Source: Gammaproteobacteria bacterium
GTDB lineage: Bacteria; Pseudomonadota; Gammaproteobacteria; Eutrophobiales; Eutrophobiaceae
Length of the DNA: 64,000 bases
NCBI GenBank assembly: GCA_965221695.1
Contig: OZ244905.1
Span: forward strand, 2,368,001 to 2,432,000
Reading direction: 5' to 3'
Shown here: one piece after another, positions 31,318 to 43,549 of the stretch
Numbering within the stretch: the first letter of the stretch is position 1
How the letters are laid out: each line of letters opens with the position of its first letter
The notes under the pieces: model-generated
Databases searched by the model: none
Told to the model about the DNA's origin: nothing
The model's input: the letters and a program-made list of their open reading frames with translations, nothing else
Program-made: the position numbers and the translations under genes

Positions 31318-31407
31318 TGTATGAATTCAGAGCGGTTCCGACGAGCTGATATGTGTTTTTTTGATACCAGGGAACTGGTGAGAAATGCGGGTTAATTATT
31401 TTCCGGG

Positions 31408-31899
31408 TTAAAAGACATTATATCTGTGCCTGATGCGGTTCATCAGATAGAAAAAAAACGGCCACAACAACACGGAGCTGACAACCGGCGCCCAGAATAA
31501 CCAGCTCTGCGGAGGCACACCCATTATGCCGCGGATCCACAAGTTAATGAATTGTAACAGCAGGAGGAACATACAGATGAGGATTGTATGCTGTAGCGGC
31601 GGGAACGCCCTGATTTGCTTTTGCAGCCGCAACGTGAGGTAAGCAATCAGCGACAGCGCCAGGGCATTCTGGCCCAGCAGCGCGCCGGCATGCGCGTCCA
31701 ATATCAGACCTAGCAACCAGGCAATTCCGACGCCGATCCGTTCAGGCAGGACCATGCACCAGAAGATTAGCATCAGGGCTAACCAGGCCGGGCGCCAGTC
31801 AGTCAGCGCCCCGGGGAGTGGTATAGTGGTCAGCAGCAAGGCGATAAGGAAACTCAGCAGGATCACCCACCCGCCGTGGTGTCTGATAAACGGATTCAA
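31408..31899 (-). CDS. mreD: Rod shape-determining protein MreD
   Basis: Hydrophobic protein, RPAW and GLILD..LLG motifs, operon context. Confidence 0.92.
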   Translation of the reverse strand: MNPFIRHHGGWVILLSFLIALLLTTIPLPGALTDWRPAWLALMLIFWCMVLPERIGVGIAWLLGLILDAHAGALLGQNALALSLIAYLTLRLQKQIRAFPPLQHTILICMFLLLLQFINLWIRGIMGVPPQSWLFWAPVVSSVLLWPFFFYLMNRIRHRYNVF

Positions 31900-32753
31900 T
31901 GTTTCAACGCCACATCAGAAGACGCGTCTTCTGGCTGGTCCGGCCACAGCAACAATGCTTCCCGGGTAACGCCGAACTTTGCGCTTGGGGTCACTTGTAC
32001 GCTGATAAAGAGCTCACCTGGGACATGCGAGATGGCTGATATGGTTCCCACCGGATAACCCCTGGGAAACTTCCTGCCAAGACCAGAAGAAACAATCAAA
32101 TCTCCTTCCTTGATATCGGCGTTGACCGGGATGTGCTCCAGCGACAAGACATTGTCCTGACCCAGACCGTCCGCCACAGAGCGCAGTCCGGTGCGATTGA
32201 CCAGGACCGGTATTGAATGGGCCGGGTCGGTGAGCAGCAGTACGGTGCTTGAAAACGGAGAAACATGGATAGTCTGGCCCATAATGCCGCCCGAATCGAC
32301 CACTGGCTGGCCCTTGTATACCCCATGTGTCCGTCCCTTGTTAATGACAATCTGTTGCCGGAAAGGTTCAAGTTCGACGCCTACAAGTTCTGCTATTAAC
32401 ACTCGTTCATAAAATTCAACCGATGATTCCAGCAGCTCCCTCAGGCGCCGGTTTTCGTCCTCCAATATAAAGACCCGTTGCAATCTGGAATTCATGCGTA
32501 GCTGTTCGGCGCGCAGTCTTTCGTTTTCATCCATGAGCGCCTGTCTCGATACCATGATTGCCGCCATGTTTCGGGGGAGTTCGGCTATCAATCCCGCGTT
32601 ATACTGGAGCGGATAAATAACTGTTGAAATCGAACTGCGGAGAATTTCGAGGTGGGAGAATTTGTGGTCAAGCACCATCAGGGCTATCGAAGCTAGCGCG
32701 AAGATGACTACCTTCACATGAGAGGAGATGCTTGTAAGAAATAAAGGGTTAAT
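31896..32753 (-). CDS. mreC: Rod shape-determining protein MreC (probable ATT start at 32753; GTG alternative at 32717)
   Basis: Coiled coil ENERLR/ENRRLRELL, SSGLG..FPRGYPVG; the in-frame extension INPLFL matches the MKPIF-type N-terminus. Confidence 0.92.
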   Translation of the reverse strand: MNPLFLTSISSHVKVVIFALASIALMVLDHKFSHLEILRSSISTVIYPLQYNAGLIAELPRNMAAIMVSRQALMDENERLRAEQLRMNSRLQRVFILEDENRRLRELLESSVEFYERVLIAELVGVELEPFRQQIVINKGRTHGVYKGQPVVDSGGIMGQTIHVSPFSSTVLLLTDPAHSIPVLVNRTGLRSVADGLGQDNVLSLEHIPVNADIKEGDLIVSSGLGRKFPRGYPVGTISAISHVPGELFISVQVTPSAKFGVTREALLLWPDQPEDASSDVALKH

Positions 32754-32776
32754 TGGTTCTTCCTGCTAGTTGAATA

Positions 32777-33832
<1,056 letters not shown>

Positions 33833-33959
33833 CTACCAAAAAAAACACAACTTTAACAGTGGTATGTATTTTGGGCAAGCCTGAAATATGATAAATTGCC
33901 CACAGTTAAGGAGCCTCTGAGATTAAGTCAGTGGTTCCATAAACAAAACCGGGACTGAT

Positions 33960-34247
33960 ATGCCGATAGATACAACAGAGGCGCGAAATATCGCTTGGCT
34001 GGCAAGGTTAACTCTAGAAGAACAGGCCGCAGCCGGGTATGCAAAAGACCTGACGGATATACTTGTCCTTGTCGAGCAGATGCAAGCTGTCGACACGGCA
34101 GCCGTAGAACCGTTGGCGCATCCTCTGGAAATTGCCGCGCAACGCCGGCCTGATCACGTAAACGAGTCAAACCGGCGCGAGGATTTTCAGAAAACCGCTC
34201 CAGTGACAAGAGATGGTTACTACATTGTGCCCAGGTTTGTGGAATAG
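33960..34247 (+). CDS. gatC: Asp/Glu-tRNA amidotransferase subunit C
   Basis: IAWLARL, VEPLAHP, YIVPRFVE; operon context. Confidence 0.93.
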   Translation: MPIDTTEARNIAWLARLTLEEQAAAGYAKDLTDILVLVEQMQAVDTAAVEPLAHPLEIAAQRRPDHVNESNRREDFQKTAPVTRDGYYIVPRFVE

Positions 34248-34278
34248 TATTGGTATCTGTACGGAGCTATTCTGATTT

Positions 34279-35733
34279 ATGTCCGGTTATACGCTCGCGG
34301 AATTATCCCGCCTGCTGCACGCGCGGGAACTCAGCAGCACGGAGATTGTGAAATCCTGTCTGGACCGTGCCGAGCGTTATAATGGCACACTAAACTGCTT
34401 CATTTCCTTGTTCCCTGAATATGCGCTGGAACAGGCCAGGGTAGCCGATTCAACGATTGCCGCCGGCGAGGCCGGACCGTTAACGGGACTTCCTGTTGCG
34501 CATAAAGACATTTTTTGTACGGAAGGTTTCAAAACGAGTTGTGGGTCAAAAATGCTGGACAGCTTTATCGCTCCATACCAGGCAACCGCGATGGAGAAGC
34601 TAGACGCGGCGGGAACAGTGATGATCGGCAAGACCAACATGGATGAGTTTGCCATGGGCTCATCCAACGAGACCAGTTATTACGGTCCGGTGAGAAATCC
34701 GTGGGATATAAGCCGGGCGCCGGGTGGTTCTTCAGGCGGTTCAGCCTGCGCGGTCAGCGCAAGGATCGTGCCTGCCGCGACTGCAACGGATACCGGTGGC
34801 TCAATCAGGCAGCCCGCCGCGTTTTGCGGCGTGACCGGGTTAAAACCCACTTATGGACGGGTGTCCCGCTACGGTATGATCGCGTATGCTTCCAGCCTGG
34901 ATCAAGGCGGCCCCATCGCCAGGACCGCGCAGGATGCAGCCATGTTATTGGCCGCCATGTCGGGGTTCGACCCGAAAGATGCGACCAGCGCGGAGGTTCG
35001 GGTTGATAATTATCTGGAAGCATTGAATAACGGGATTAAAGGGCTGAAAATCGGGCTGCCTAAAGAATATTTTGCCTCCGGTTTGGAGCAGCCGGTTGCA
35101 GATGCGATCACCGCCGCGCTGAATGTGCTGGAACAGTGCGGCGCGGAGATTATCGATATCGAACTCCCCCACACCGAGCTGTCTATTCCGGTTTATTACG
35201 TGATAGCATCGGCCGAATGCTCCTCAAATCTTTCCCGGTACGATGGCGTTCGTTTTGGTCACCGCTGTCCGGACCCCAAGGATATCAACGACCTGTTCTG
35301 CCGTTCTCGCGGCGAGGGTTTCGGCAATGAAGTCAAACGCAGGATAATGATCGGGACTTATGTCCTATCCGCAGGATATTACGATGCGTATTACCGCAAG
35401 GCGCAAAAATTACGGCGCTTGCTGAGGGATGACTTCCGCGCGGCGTTGGAGCTTGTTGATGTCATTATAACGCCAACAAGCCCGACGACTGCGTTTTCCC
35501 TGGGTTCCCGGCTCGACGATCCGGTGGCCATGTATTTGTCAGATATTTATACCGTATCAGCCAATCTTGCCGGGTTGCCGGCGATATCAATTCCTGCAGG
35601 ATTCAGTGATGGCCTGCCGGTCGGAATGCAGATCATAGGCAATTATTTCCAGGAAGCCAGGTTATTGAATGTCGCGCATCAGTATCAGCAACTGACGCAA
35701 TGGCATGAACAGGCTCCGGAAGGTTGGCTGTAA
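34279..35733 (+). CDS. gatA: Asp/Glu-tRNA amidotransferase subunit A
   Basis: Amidase signature [26 protein letters not shown]. Confidence 0.97.
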   Translation: MSGYTLAELSRLLHARELSSTEIVKSCLDRAERYNGTLNCFISLFPEYALEQARVADSTIAAGEAGPLTGLPVAHKDIFCTEGFKTSCGSKMLDSFIAPYQATAMEKLDAAGTVMIGKTNMDEFAMGSSNETSYYGPVRNPWDISRAPGGSSGGSACAVSARIVPAATATDTGGSIRQPAAFCGVTGLKPTYGRVSRYGMIAYASSLDQGGPIARTAQDAAMLLAAMSGFDPKDATSAEVRVDNYLEALNNGIKGLKIGLPKEYFASGLEQPVADAITAALNVLEQCGAEIIDIELPHTELSIPVYYVIASAECSSNLSRYDGVRFGHRCPDPKDINDLFCRSRGEGFGNEVKRRIMIGTYVLSAGYYDAYYRKAQKLRRLLRDDFRAALELVDVIITPTSPTTAFSLGSRLDDPVAMYLSDIYTVSANLAGLPAISIPAGFSDGLPVGMQIIGNYFQEARLLNVAHQYQQLTQWHEQAPEGWL

Positions 35734-35764
35734 CTCTGGGTTCTCATCAGATCGCTTATTGCAA

Positions 35765-37249
35765 TTGGATACTCGTTCAGCACATAAGAAATCCGGCTTA
35801 GCCGAACAATGGGAAACTGTGATCGGTCTCGAGTTGCACGCGCAACTTTCAACCCGTAGCAAGATTTTTTCGGGAGCTGCCAATCACTTCGGCGCAGAAC
35901 CCAATAGTCTGGCCTGCGCTGTTGACCTTGGCCTCCCAGGTGTGTTGCCGGTTGCCAACGAGGAAGTGATTCGCATGGCAATAAAATTCGGGTTGGCCAT
36001 TAACGCAAGTATTGCCAAACAATCTGTTTTTGCCAGAAAGAATTACTTCTATCCGGACCTGCCCAAAGGTTACCAGATAAGCCAGTATGAATTACCCATA
36101 GTCAGCGCCGGCAGAGTAGTCATCCAGTTGGACGGGAACGCCAGGGAAATCGGCATTACCCGGGCGCATCTCGAAGAAGACGCAGGCAAGTCGGTACATG
36201 AGGATTTTGCCGGATTTACCGGTATCGACCTGAACCGCGCCGGCGCGCCGTTGCTCGAAATCGTTTCCGAACCGGATTTGCGTTCCGCCGCGGAGGCAGT
36301 GGCGCTGATGAAAAAAATCCACTCACTGGTGCGCTACTTGGATATCTGTGACGGAAACATGCAGGAGGGATCGTTTCGTTGTGACGCTAATGTATCCATC
36401 AGGCCCGCGGGCGAGAGCAGGCTGGGAACCCGCGCCGAGATAAAAAACATCAATTCCTTCCGCTTTGTGGAACAGGCGATCAATTACGAGATAAACAGGC
36501 AGATCGGCCTTGTTGAAGCAGGGCAGTCGGTGATACAGGAAACCCGCTTGTTCGACCCGGAGCGGAATGAAACACGCTCAATGCGGGGCAAGGAGGAGGC
36601 GAATGATTACCGTTACTTTCCCGATCCGGACTTGCCGCCGGTTGTGGTGGATAATGATTACATTGAAGCCATTCGGCAGCAACTGCCGGAACTGCCGGAA
36701 CAAAAACAGCAGCGCTTTATGGAAGCATACGGCTTGTCGGAGTATGACAGCGACCACCTGGTAGCGAACAGGGAAACCGCTGATTATTTTGAGGCTGCCG
36801 TTGCTGCTGCTCCCGGCCAGGCCAAGCCCATTGCGAACTGGATCATGGGGGATTTGGGCGCGGCATTGAAACGCGAGAATCGCTCCATCAATGCCAGCAG
36901 GCTGAACGCGCCGGCGTTGGCCAGACTGGTTCAACGTATCGCCGACGGCACGATTTCAAACAAGCTTGCCAAGCAGGTATTTGCGACCTTATGGGAGGGT
37001 GGAGGTGAAGTGGATGACATCATTGAAAAGCAGGGACTGAAACAGGTTACAGACAGTGATGAGATAGGCCGGTTGGTGGATGAGGCGATCGCCGAAAACG
37101 CACCGCAGGCAGAACAGTACCGCAATGCCGCGCCGGAAAAGCGCGTAAAAATGATCGGCTATTTCGTCGGGCAGGTGATGAAAAAATCCAAGGGCAAAGC
37201 CAACCCGAAACAGGTCAACCAGTTGTTATCGGAAAAGCTGGGGCAGTAG
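35765..37249 (+). CDS. gatB: Asp/Glu-tRNA amidotransferase subunit B (start uncertain, TTG 35759/35765)
   Basis: [40 protein letters not shown]. Confidence 0.96.
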   Translation: MDTRSAHKKSGLAEQWETVIGLELHAQLSTRSKIFSGAANHFGAEPNSLACAVDLGLPGVLPVANEEVIRMAIKFGLAINASIAKQSVFARKNYFYPDLPKGYQISQYELPIVSAGRVVIQLDGNAREIGITRAHLEEDAGKSVHEDFAGFTGIDLNRAGAPLLEIVSEPDLRSAAEAVALMKKIHSLVRYLDICDGNMQEGSFRCDANVSIRPAGESRLGTRAEIKNINSFRFVEQAINYEINRQIGLVEAGQSVIQETRLFDPERNETRSMRGKEEANDYRYFPDPDLPPVVVDNDYIEAIRQQLPELPEQKQQRFMEAYGLSEYDSDHLVANRETADYFEAAVAAAPGQAKPIANWIMGDLGAALKRENRSINASRLNAPALARLVQRIADGTISNKLAKQVFATLWEGGGEVDDIIEKQGLKQVTDSDEIGRLVDEAIAENAPQAEQYRNAAPEKRVKMIGYFVGQVMKKSKGKANPKQVNQLLSEKLGQ

Positions 37250-37263
37250 CGGACTTATTCCTG

Positions 37264-38955
37264 CTATGCAGTCTCCCGGATCGTCAGGCCCAACTCTTCA
37301 ATCATCTTGTCGCGCATGATGAACTTCTGCAGCTTGCCGGTGACCGTCATCGGAAAATCTTCGACGAAGCGGATATAATGCGGCGCCTTGTGGTGGGCGA
37401 TTTTGCCCTGGCAGAAGGCCTTGATCTCGGCTTCGTCTGCGTGCTCACCCCGCTTCAGTTTTATCCAGGCGCAGAGCTGTTCGCCGTACTTGTCGTCCGG
37501 TACGCCGAAAACGGACACATCCTGTATCTTGTCGTGGCCGTACAGGAATTCTTCGACTTCCCTGGGGTAGACATTCTCACCGCCGCGAATCACCATGTCT
37601 TTCACGCGCCCGACGATGTTGCAATAGCCTTCCGCATCAATGGTCGCCAGGTCGCCGGTATGCATCCAAGCGGCTGCGTCAATGGCTTCGCGGGTGCGGT
37701 AGGGGTCATCCCAGTATCCTGACATCACGTTGTAACCCCGGGTACACAACTCGCCTTTTTCTCCGCTGGGAACGGTGTGTCCCGCCGAGTCGATTATCTT
37801 CACCTGCACATGGGGATGAATGCGGCCCACGGTGGAAACACGCCGTTCCAGCGGGTCATCGGTACTGCTCTGGAAACTGACCGGGCTGGTCTCCGTCATG
37901 CCGTAGGCGATGGTAATCTCGCTCATGTTCATCTCGGCCACGACGCGTTTCATCACCTCGATGGGACAGGACGCACCGGCCATGATGCCGGTACGCAGGC
38001 TGGACAGGTCATAGTTGCTGAAATCCGGCAAATCGAGTTCCGCAATGAACATGGTGGGCACGCCGTACAGGGCCGTGCACCGCTCCTCGCTGACGGCAGC
38101 CAGGGTCAGGGCCGGGTCGAAACCATCGCTGGGTATGACCATCGCGGAACCGTGGATCACGCAGTTCAGGTTACCCATCACCATGCCGAAGCAGTGATAA
38201 AACGGCACCGGGATACAAAGCCGGTCAGTCTCGGTGAATTTCATCGCCTGTCCGACAAAATAACCGTTATTGAGGATATTGAAGTGGGTCAGCGTCGCGC
38301 CCTTGGGAGAGCCGGTCGTGCCGCTGGTGAACTGGATATTTATCTCATCGTCGGGTTGCAACAGGGTGGACAGCTCATCCAGTTTCTGCCGTTCGGCAGC
38401 GCCGCCCATCGCAGATATGGCAGCGAAGTTGTAGCAGCCGGGCGTTTCGTCATCTCCGAGGCGAATAACGGTCCGCAGGTGCGGCAGCTTGTCGGATGAC
38501 AGCTTGCCGGGTTCTGCGGCGTCCAATTCCGGCGCCAGTTGCGCGAGCATCGCAAGGTAATCACTGCTCTTGAACGTGGCGGCGGTCACCAGTCCCTTGC
38601 AGCCCACCTTGTTCAGCGCATATTCGAGTTCATAAGTACGGTAAGCCGGGTTGATGTTCACCAGGATCAGGCCGGCCCGGGCCGTGGCAAACTGGGTAAG
38701 CGCCCATTCGGCACAGTTCGGCGCCCAGATTCCAACCCGGTCGCCGGGGACAAACCCCAGCGCAACCAGGCCGGCCGCAAGATCATCCACGCGCTGCAAC
38801 AACTCTGCGTAGGTCCAGCGGATATTTTGGTGGCGAACGATCAGGGCCTCCCGTTGCGGAAACGTCTGCGCAGCCGCCTCCAGGGCATTGCCAATGGTCT
38901 GGTAGATGAGCGGTTTCTCGCTCACACCGCTGACAAAACTGAGTTGTGTAGTCAT
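37264..38955 (-). CDS. AMP-binding acyl-CoA synthetase
   Basis: [32 protein letters not shown]. Confidence 0.92.
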   Translation of the reverse strand: MTTQLSFVSGVSEKPLIYQTIGNALEAAAQTFPQREALIVRHQNIRWTYAELLQRVDDLAAGLVALGFVPGDRVGIWAPNCAEWALTQFATARAGLILVNINPAYRTYELEYALNKVGCKGLVTAATFKSSDYLAMLAQLAPELDAAEPGKLSSDKLPHLRTVIRLGDDETPGCYNFAAISAMGGAAERQKLDELSTLLQPDDEINIQFTSGTTGSPKGATLTHFNILNNGYFVGQAMKFTETDRLCIPVPFYHCFGMVMGNLNCVIHGSAMVIPSDGFDPALTLAAVSEERCTALYGVPTMFIAELDLPDFSNYDLSSLRTGIMAGASCPIEVMKRVVAEMNMSEITIAYGMTETSPVSFQSSTDDPLERRVSTVGRIHPHVQVKIIDSAGHTVPSGEKGELCTRGYNVMSGYWDDPYRTREAIDAAAWMHTGDLATIDAEGYCNIVGRVKDMVIRGGENVYPREVEEFLYGHDKIQDVSVFGVPDDKYGEQLCAWIKLKRGEHADEAEIKAFCQGKIAHHKAPHYIRFVEDFPMTVTGKLQKFIMRDKMIEELGLTIRETA

Positions 38956-39041
38956 CCCATCCCCGCTTCTCATGTGTTATGAATAGATAGTGACATGATT
39001 ATACACATCCGCTATGATTCAGAAGAAAAAGCAAGGGGACC

Positions 39042-40664
39042 ATGACAAATATACTTCCTCCTGGTGTCAATAACAGACAGTTCGAACAAGCCCTTGCCGC
39101 GTTCCGTAAAGTTGTCGGCGCTGACTGGGTATTCGCTGAAGAAACCGGGGAACTGCTCAGTTATCGCGATCCCTACGCAATAGTCGATGATGCACATTTT
39201 CGCCCGTCAGCGTCGATTGCGCCCGACGGTGTTGAAGAAATCCGCGCCATTCTGAAAATCGCCAACGATTTCAACATACCGCTATGGCCGGTGTCTTGCG
39301 GCAAAAACCTGGCCTACGGTGGCGCCGCGCCGCGTCTGCCGGGCAGTGTCGTGCTGGACCTGAAGCGCATGAACCGGGTGCTGGAAGTCAATGAACAATT
39401 TGGATATGCGCTGGTGGAACCCGGGGTCAGTTTTTTTGACCTGTATCAATACATACAGGAGCGCGGCATCAAACTGTGGCTGGATGTGCCGGACCCCGGT
39501 TGGGGCAGTGTGCTGGGCACAACCCTGGAACGGGGAGCAGGTTATACGCCTTACGGCGACCACTTCATGCGCCAATGCGGCATGGAGGTAGTCCTGGCCG
39601 ATGGCGATGTTGTCCGCACCGGAATGGGTTCCATGCCTGGGAATAATACCTGGCAACTGTTCAAGTATGGTTTCGGTCCGTACCACGACGGGCTATTTAC
39701 GCAGTCCAACTACGGAATAGTCACCAAGCTGGGTGTCTGGCTGATGCCGGAACCGCCGGGCTATCGTCCTTACCTGATCACGTTTCCGCGGGATGAGGAT
39801 ATCGAACAGGTCGTGGAGATCATCCGACCGCTGAAGGTCAACCTGGTGATACAAAACGCCGCGACCATCCGCGACCTGCACCTGGTTGCCTCACTGAATA
39901 CCAGCAGGACCGAATATTACGACGGCGACGGGCCGCTGCCGGACAGCATCCGCAAGAAGCTCATGGCTGACCAGCAAATCGGCGCATGGAATTTTTATTC
40001 AGCGCTGTATGGCCCGCCAAAGATCATGGATGCTCACTGGGAAATTATACAAGATGCTTTTGCACAGGTTCCCGGCGCGCAGGTTTACTTTCCCGAAGAC
40101 CGGAAGGACAAAAACGATGTCCTGCATCACCGCGCCAAAACCATGGCCGGGGTTCCGACCCTGACTGAATTCGGGCTGGTGAACTGGGTCGGCGGTGGCG
40201 GTCATATCGATTTCTCCCCGGTGTCGCCCACCACCGGCGAGGATGCCATCAGGCAATTCAATATGGTGAAACAGCGCGCCCATGAACATGGTTTCGATTA
40301 TATGGGAGTCTTCATTGTCGGTTGGCGCGAGATGCACCATATCTACACCCTGGCTTTCGACAAGAACGACCCCGACAAGAAGCAACGCGCGTATCAACTG
40401 TTCGACATACTGATCCGTGAAGCGGCGGAGGCCGGTTATGGCGAGTATCGGACTCATCTTGCTTTTATGGACCAGGTAGCCGCCACTTACAACTGGAACG
40501 ACAACTCCCTGGCGCGCCTGAACAACAAGCTCAAGGACGCTTTGGACCCGAACGGCATACTCGCCCCGGGCAAACAAGGGATTTGGCCGCAACGATTGCG
40601 GGAGACCAAACCCGATAGCGCGCCGCCCCAAGCGGAACCGCAGGTAAACAAGAGCGCCGGCTGA
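39042..40664 (+). CDS. VAO/PCMH-family 4-alkylphenol-oxidising flavoprotein (PchF-like)
   Basis: GKNLAYGGAAP, GYTPYGDH, FTQSNYGIVTK, GYGEYRTH, DPNGILAPGK. Confidence 0.9.
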   Translation: MTNILPPGVNNRQFEQALAAFRKVVGADWVFAEETGELLSYRDPYAIVDDAHFRPSASIAPDGVEEIRAILKIANDFNIPLWPVSCGKNLAYGGAAPRLPGSVVLDLKRMNRVLEVNEQFGYALVEPGVSFFDLYQYIQERGIKLWLDVPDPGWGSVLGTTLERGAGYTPYGDHFMRQCGMEVVLADGDVVRTGMGSMPGNNTWQLFKYGFGPYHDGLFTQSNYGIVTKLGVWLMPEPPGYRPYLITFPRDEDIEQVVEIIRPLKVNLVIQNAATIRDLHLVASLNTSRTEYYDGDGPLPDSIRKKLMADQQIGAWNFYSALYGPPKIMDAHWEIIQDAFAQVPGAQVYFPEDRKDKNDVLHHRAKTMAGVPTLTEFGLVNWVGGGGHIDFSPVSPTTGEDAIRQFNMVKQRAHEHGFDYMGVFIVGWREMHHIYTLAFDKNDPDKKQRAYQLFDILIREAAEAGYGEYRTHLAFMDQVAATYNWNDNSLARLNNKLKDALDPNGILAPGKQGIWPQRLRETKPDSAPPQAEPQVNKSAG

Positions 40665-40682
40665 AACGCCTGTGAGACAACC

Positions 40683-41000
40683 ATGAAACGGTTCGCACCC
40701 ATCATCATTGCCTTAATCGTAATGATCCATCCACTCCGGGCGGACGACATTGCAACCGGAGAAAGGGTATTTCAGCAGTGGTGCATCCACTGCCATGGTG
40801 AAGACAACAGCGGCCCGGGCACCCTGCGCCTGGCCTGGGACAAAGGTGAAGACAAGTCTCTGCTGACCGAACGGGATGATCTCAGCCGCGAATACATCCG
40901 GGTGGTTGTGCGCCGCGGACTGGACGAGATGCCCTCGTTCCGCATCACGGAAATCAGCGCCGCGGAGTTGGATGCCCTGGCAGACTTCCTGGGCTGGTAA
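40683..41000 (+). CDS. Monohaem cytochrome c subunit (PchC-like)
   Basis: Signal peptide, CIHCH haem motif, VRRG..EMPSFR..EIS. Confidence 0.88.
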   Translation: MKRFAPIIIALIVMIHPLRADDIATGERVFQQWCIHCHGEDNSGPGTLRLAWDKGEDKSLLTERDDLSREYIRVVVRRGLDEMPSFRITEISAAELDALADFLGW

Positions 41001-41005
41001 GCGCT

Positions 41006-41560
41006 ATGGTTAGCCGAAGGAGAATATTAAAATGTGCCGCAGCATCCGTCGCAGGTTCGGCCTTGCCCGCTTCTGTTGCCGCGCTGATACTACCGCCGGC
41101 GCAGTTCAAAATCGTCTATGAACGCGGCATTGCGGAAAGCATTGAATTCAAGCAGGCATTGGAAAGCAGGGCTGACACTATCCATATACTTAAGCACGAC
41201 CCTGCGGCAACTTTCCGCGATCTGTACAACGCCGGGCACATCGAAACAACTATTGCCGGTTGCACAAAAGGCGCCGCTGCCTTTGTTCTGGGAGAACTGG
41301 CCCGCAGCCAGGGCGGCACAATGGTGATTTACGGCGAGCATCGCTACCTGCCAGGCGCCGGCTGGCAACATTCCCTGTTATTACCAACCGCCGATCTGGC
41401 GCGCATCAAGAACGCAAACAACTGGAGCAGGGAAATGGCAGCAGCACTGAAAATGGCGCGGACCAGCGCCGAACAGACCACGAAACAGGTGGTCAACACA
41501 ACCATCAGCAAAACTGCGAAAAGCCCCGATTATCTGGTGACCTGGGAGATTGTGAGCTAG
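41006..41560 (+). CDS. Tat-signal protein, PchX-like
   Basis: SRRRILK twin-arginine leader, YGEHR motif, C-terminal LVTW; located in a pchF/C-like operon. Confidence 0.65.
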   Translation: MVSRRRILKCAAASVAGSALPASVAALILPPAQFKIVYERGIAESIEFKQALESRADTIHILKHDPAATFRDLYNAGHIETTIAGCTKGAAAFVLGELARSQGGTMVIYGEHRYLPGAGWQHSLLLPTADLARIKNANNWSREMAAALKMARTSAEQTTKQVVNTTISKTAKSPDYLVTWEIVS

Positions 41561-41629
41561 GTTCCTTCAATTCATGGCTGTGCCACAAAGGTGGATGCCG
41601 TTGGCGCCTCTGACTTTATCAGAGGCTCC

Positions 41630-42520
41630 TCAAAAGTCCATTCTGAACACAACCATGGGTCTCCAGTCGTCCTTGTTATTCAGGTCGACCGCAAAGGTGT
41701 TCGGGTCGTAATCTATACCGCCTTCATCCCAGAAATATTCCAGTCGGCCGCCAATAGCGAAATTCCTGAACGGGTATGCGAATACTTCCAGCTCAAGGAA
41801 TATCCGGTTATGGCGCCCCGCCGGATTGCCGGGATCATCAGCATTGCCGGTAGACTGCTGGAAACGGAAAAAAGTCTGATGATTCCAGTTCATACCGAAC
41901 ATCTCCCATTCTTTCCTGATATTCAAGCCCCAGAAATTATGGTCGTCATAGCAATCACCATCAGGGTCTCCAAACGGTCCGGTGATAAAATCATCGCAAT
42001 TGAACCGGCGCCAATAAACCAGGTGCACCTTTTCTCCGGGCTTGTCGGTGAAACCGGGTATATCCAGGTAAACCGAGGCGCCACCGGCAACCGCATAATA
42101 GTTATAGAAACTGCCGTATTCGGCGCGGAACTCAAGCGCCGCATCCTTGATTAGCGGTATGTTGAAATCCGTTTTAAACAGTTTCTCCAGGCTTATATTG
42201 CTATTCCACAACGCAAATACGGCCGTATCGTCGCCATCTCCATAGGCGCCGCCGATGTCTTCATCCATTTTTACGACGTCCGCGAAGACATAGTTCTCTC
42301 CGATACGGTTATAACTCTGATGCTCAAACCTGAATTGCCAGCGTTCTCCTCCTTTTGAACCATAACCGATAAGAAAATCATTATCTGCGCTACTGGTGTA
42401 GGCCGCCTGAATATTCGTATTTGAAAACCGGCTTTGTTCGTCCGCGGCTTGTAATATGGAAAACGGCGATAACAGCAGAATGATTCCAGAAAGTACGGAT
42501 GTAATACGAGTAAGTTTCAT
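41630..42520 (-). CDS. Outer-membrane beta-barrel channel, Tsx/OmpK-like
   Basis: Signal peptide, FSNTNIQ, FEHQS...GENYVFADV, amphipathic strands, terminal Phe. Confidence 0.65.
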   Translation of the reverse strand: MKLTRITSVLSGIILLLSPFSILQAADEQSRFSNTNIQAAYTSSADNDFLIGYGSKGGERWQFRFEHQSYNRIGENYVFADVVKMDEDIGGAYGDGDDTAVFALWNSNISLEKLFKTDFNIPLIKDAALEFRAEYGSFYNYYAVAGGASVYLDIPGFTDKPGEKVHLVYWRRFNCDDFITGPFGDPDGDCYDDHNFWGLNIRKEWEMFGMNWNHQTFFRFQQSTGNADDPGNPAGRHNRIFLELEVFAYPFRNFAIGGRLEYFWDEGGIDYDPNTFAVDLNNKDDWRPMVVFRMDF

Positions 42521-42738
42521 GTCATTATCCCCCGGGAATTGGCAACTGCCTGATAACATTCCTTATAATATTACAGCTAACCTTTTTTGTAAAATATTAA
42601 TAAAGGAACCTCTGAGACAGGACAACCGCATACTTAAAATCCCGACACCCGCTGTGCCGTTTATAATTGATAAGTCGATCACTTATTTCCTCAGGAGCGC
42701 GGGCGCAACGCCCGCCATCGATATCGGCATGCCCGGCT

Positions 42739-43161
42739 TCAAGCCGGCGACCCTGAACAGCCGATGCGCGCGATGGCGTTGATTTCTACGAAAATTTCCG
42801 GTGTGGCCAGCGCGCTGACTTCGACCAATGTGCAAGTGGGGAAGTCGCCGTTGAAATACTCTTCCCTGGCTTTCCAGATTTTATGGTTATTGCTTATATC
42901 AGTCACGTAAATGGTCATCATGACGATGTCATCCATGACTCCCCCTGCCGCTTGCGCCAGGTTGCGTATTTTTTTAAAGATAATCCCGGCTTGTTCATAT
43001 TCATCTGCGCCCTCTATCGTGACCTGGTCGGCGCCACGGGAAGTCATGCCGGAAATATAGACGGTATCCCCCACCCGCAAACAATTGGACCATCGTTTCG
43101 GGGCGGGCTCAGCAACCTGCGCAGAAACAATGCGCTGCTTGTCAGTTACCTGTCGGGGCAT
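42739..43161 (-). CDS. Rid (YjgF/YER057c) family protein
   Basis: VYISG, YEQA..IF, TLVEVSALA.P...VEINAIA. Confidence 0.9.
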   Translation of the reverse strand: MPRQVTDKQRIVSAQVAEPAPKRWSNCLRVGDTVYISGMTSRGADQVTIEGADEYEQAGIIFKKIRNLAQAAGGVMDDIVMMTIYVTDISNNHKIWKAREEYFNGDFPTCTLVEVSALATPEIFVEINAIARIGCSGSPA

Positions 43162-43549
43162 TGGTCAACCTGCCTATGGTCTTGTCTGTATGATACTCCG
43201 GCATATCGTGGTAGTGTGGTCCGTCATAAATTTCCAGCAGCAGGCTGCGCTTTCTGGCCAGGGTCGGACCATGGGGATGGTCTTTCGGATTCATGTAGAA
43301 ACAACCGGGCGTCAGAATAATATTCGAATCCGTGTATTCATATTCACCTTCCAGGCAGAACATGAACTGGTTTGATGCATGTGAATGTTTGTCGGGGATC
43401 CCGGAACCGGCCGGAAAATCCAGCAAGGCCTGGCTGGCGCCGGTAACCTCGTCTTCCCACAGGATATATTGGCGCAGTTCGATATTCTCGAATGTCATCC
43501 ATTTGTCCGGGTCGAGATTATTGGTATCGATTTTAAGTTCAAGAGTCAT
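43142..43549 (-). CDS. Cupin domain protein (ChrR-like)
   Basis: HSH...CLEGEY and PG.FYMNP..HPHGP cupin motifs. Confidence 0.85.
   Translation of the reverse strand: MTLELKIDTNNLDPDKWMTFENIELRQYILWEDEVTGASQALLDFPAGSGIPDKHSHASNQFMFCLEGEYEYTDSNIILTPGCFYMNPKDHPHGPTLARKRSLLLEIYDGPHYHDMPEYHTDKTIGRLTNAPTGN

Noticed and set aside
35705-35810. Apparent lack of an ATG at the conserved gatB start (possible frameshift)
   Set aside because: The frame is open with in-frame TTG codons upstream; no disruption needs to be invoked.
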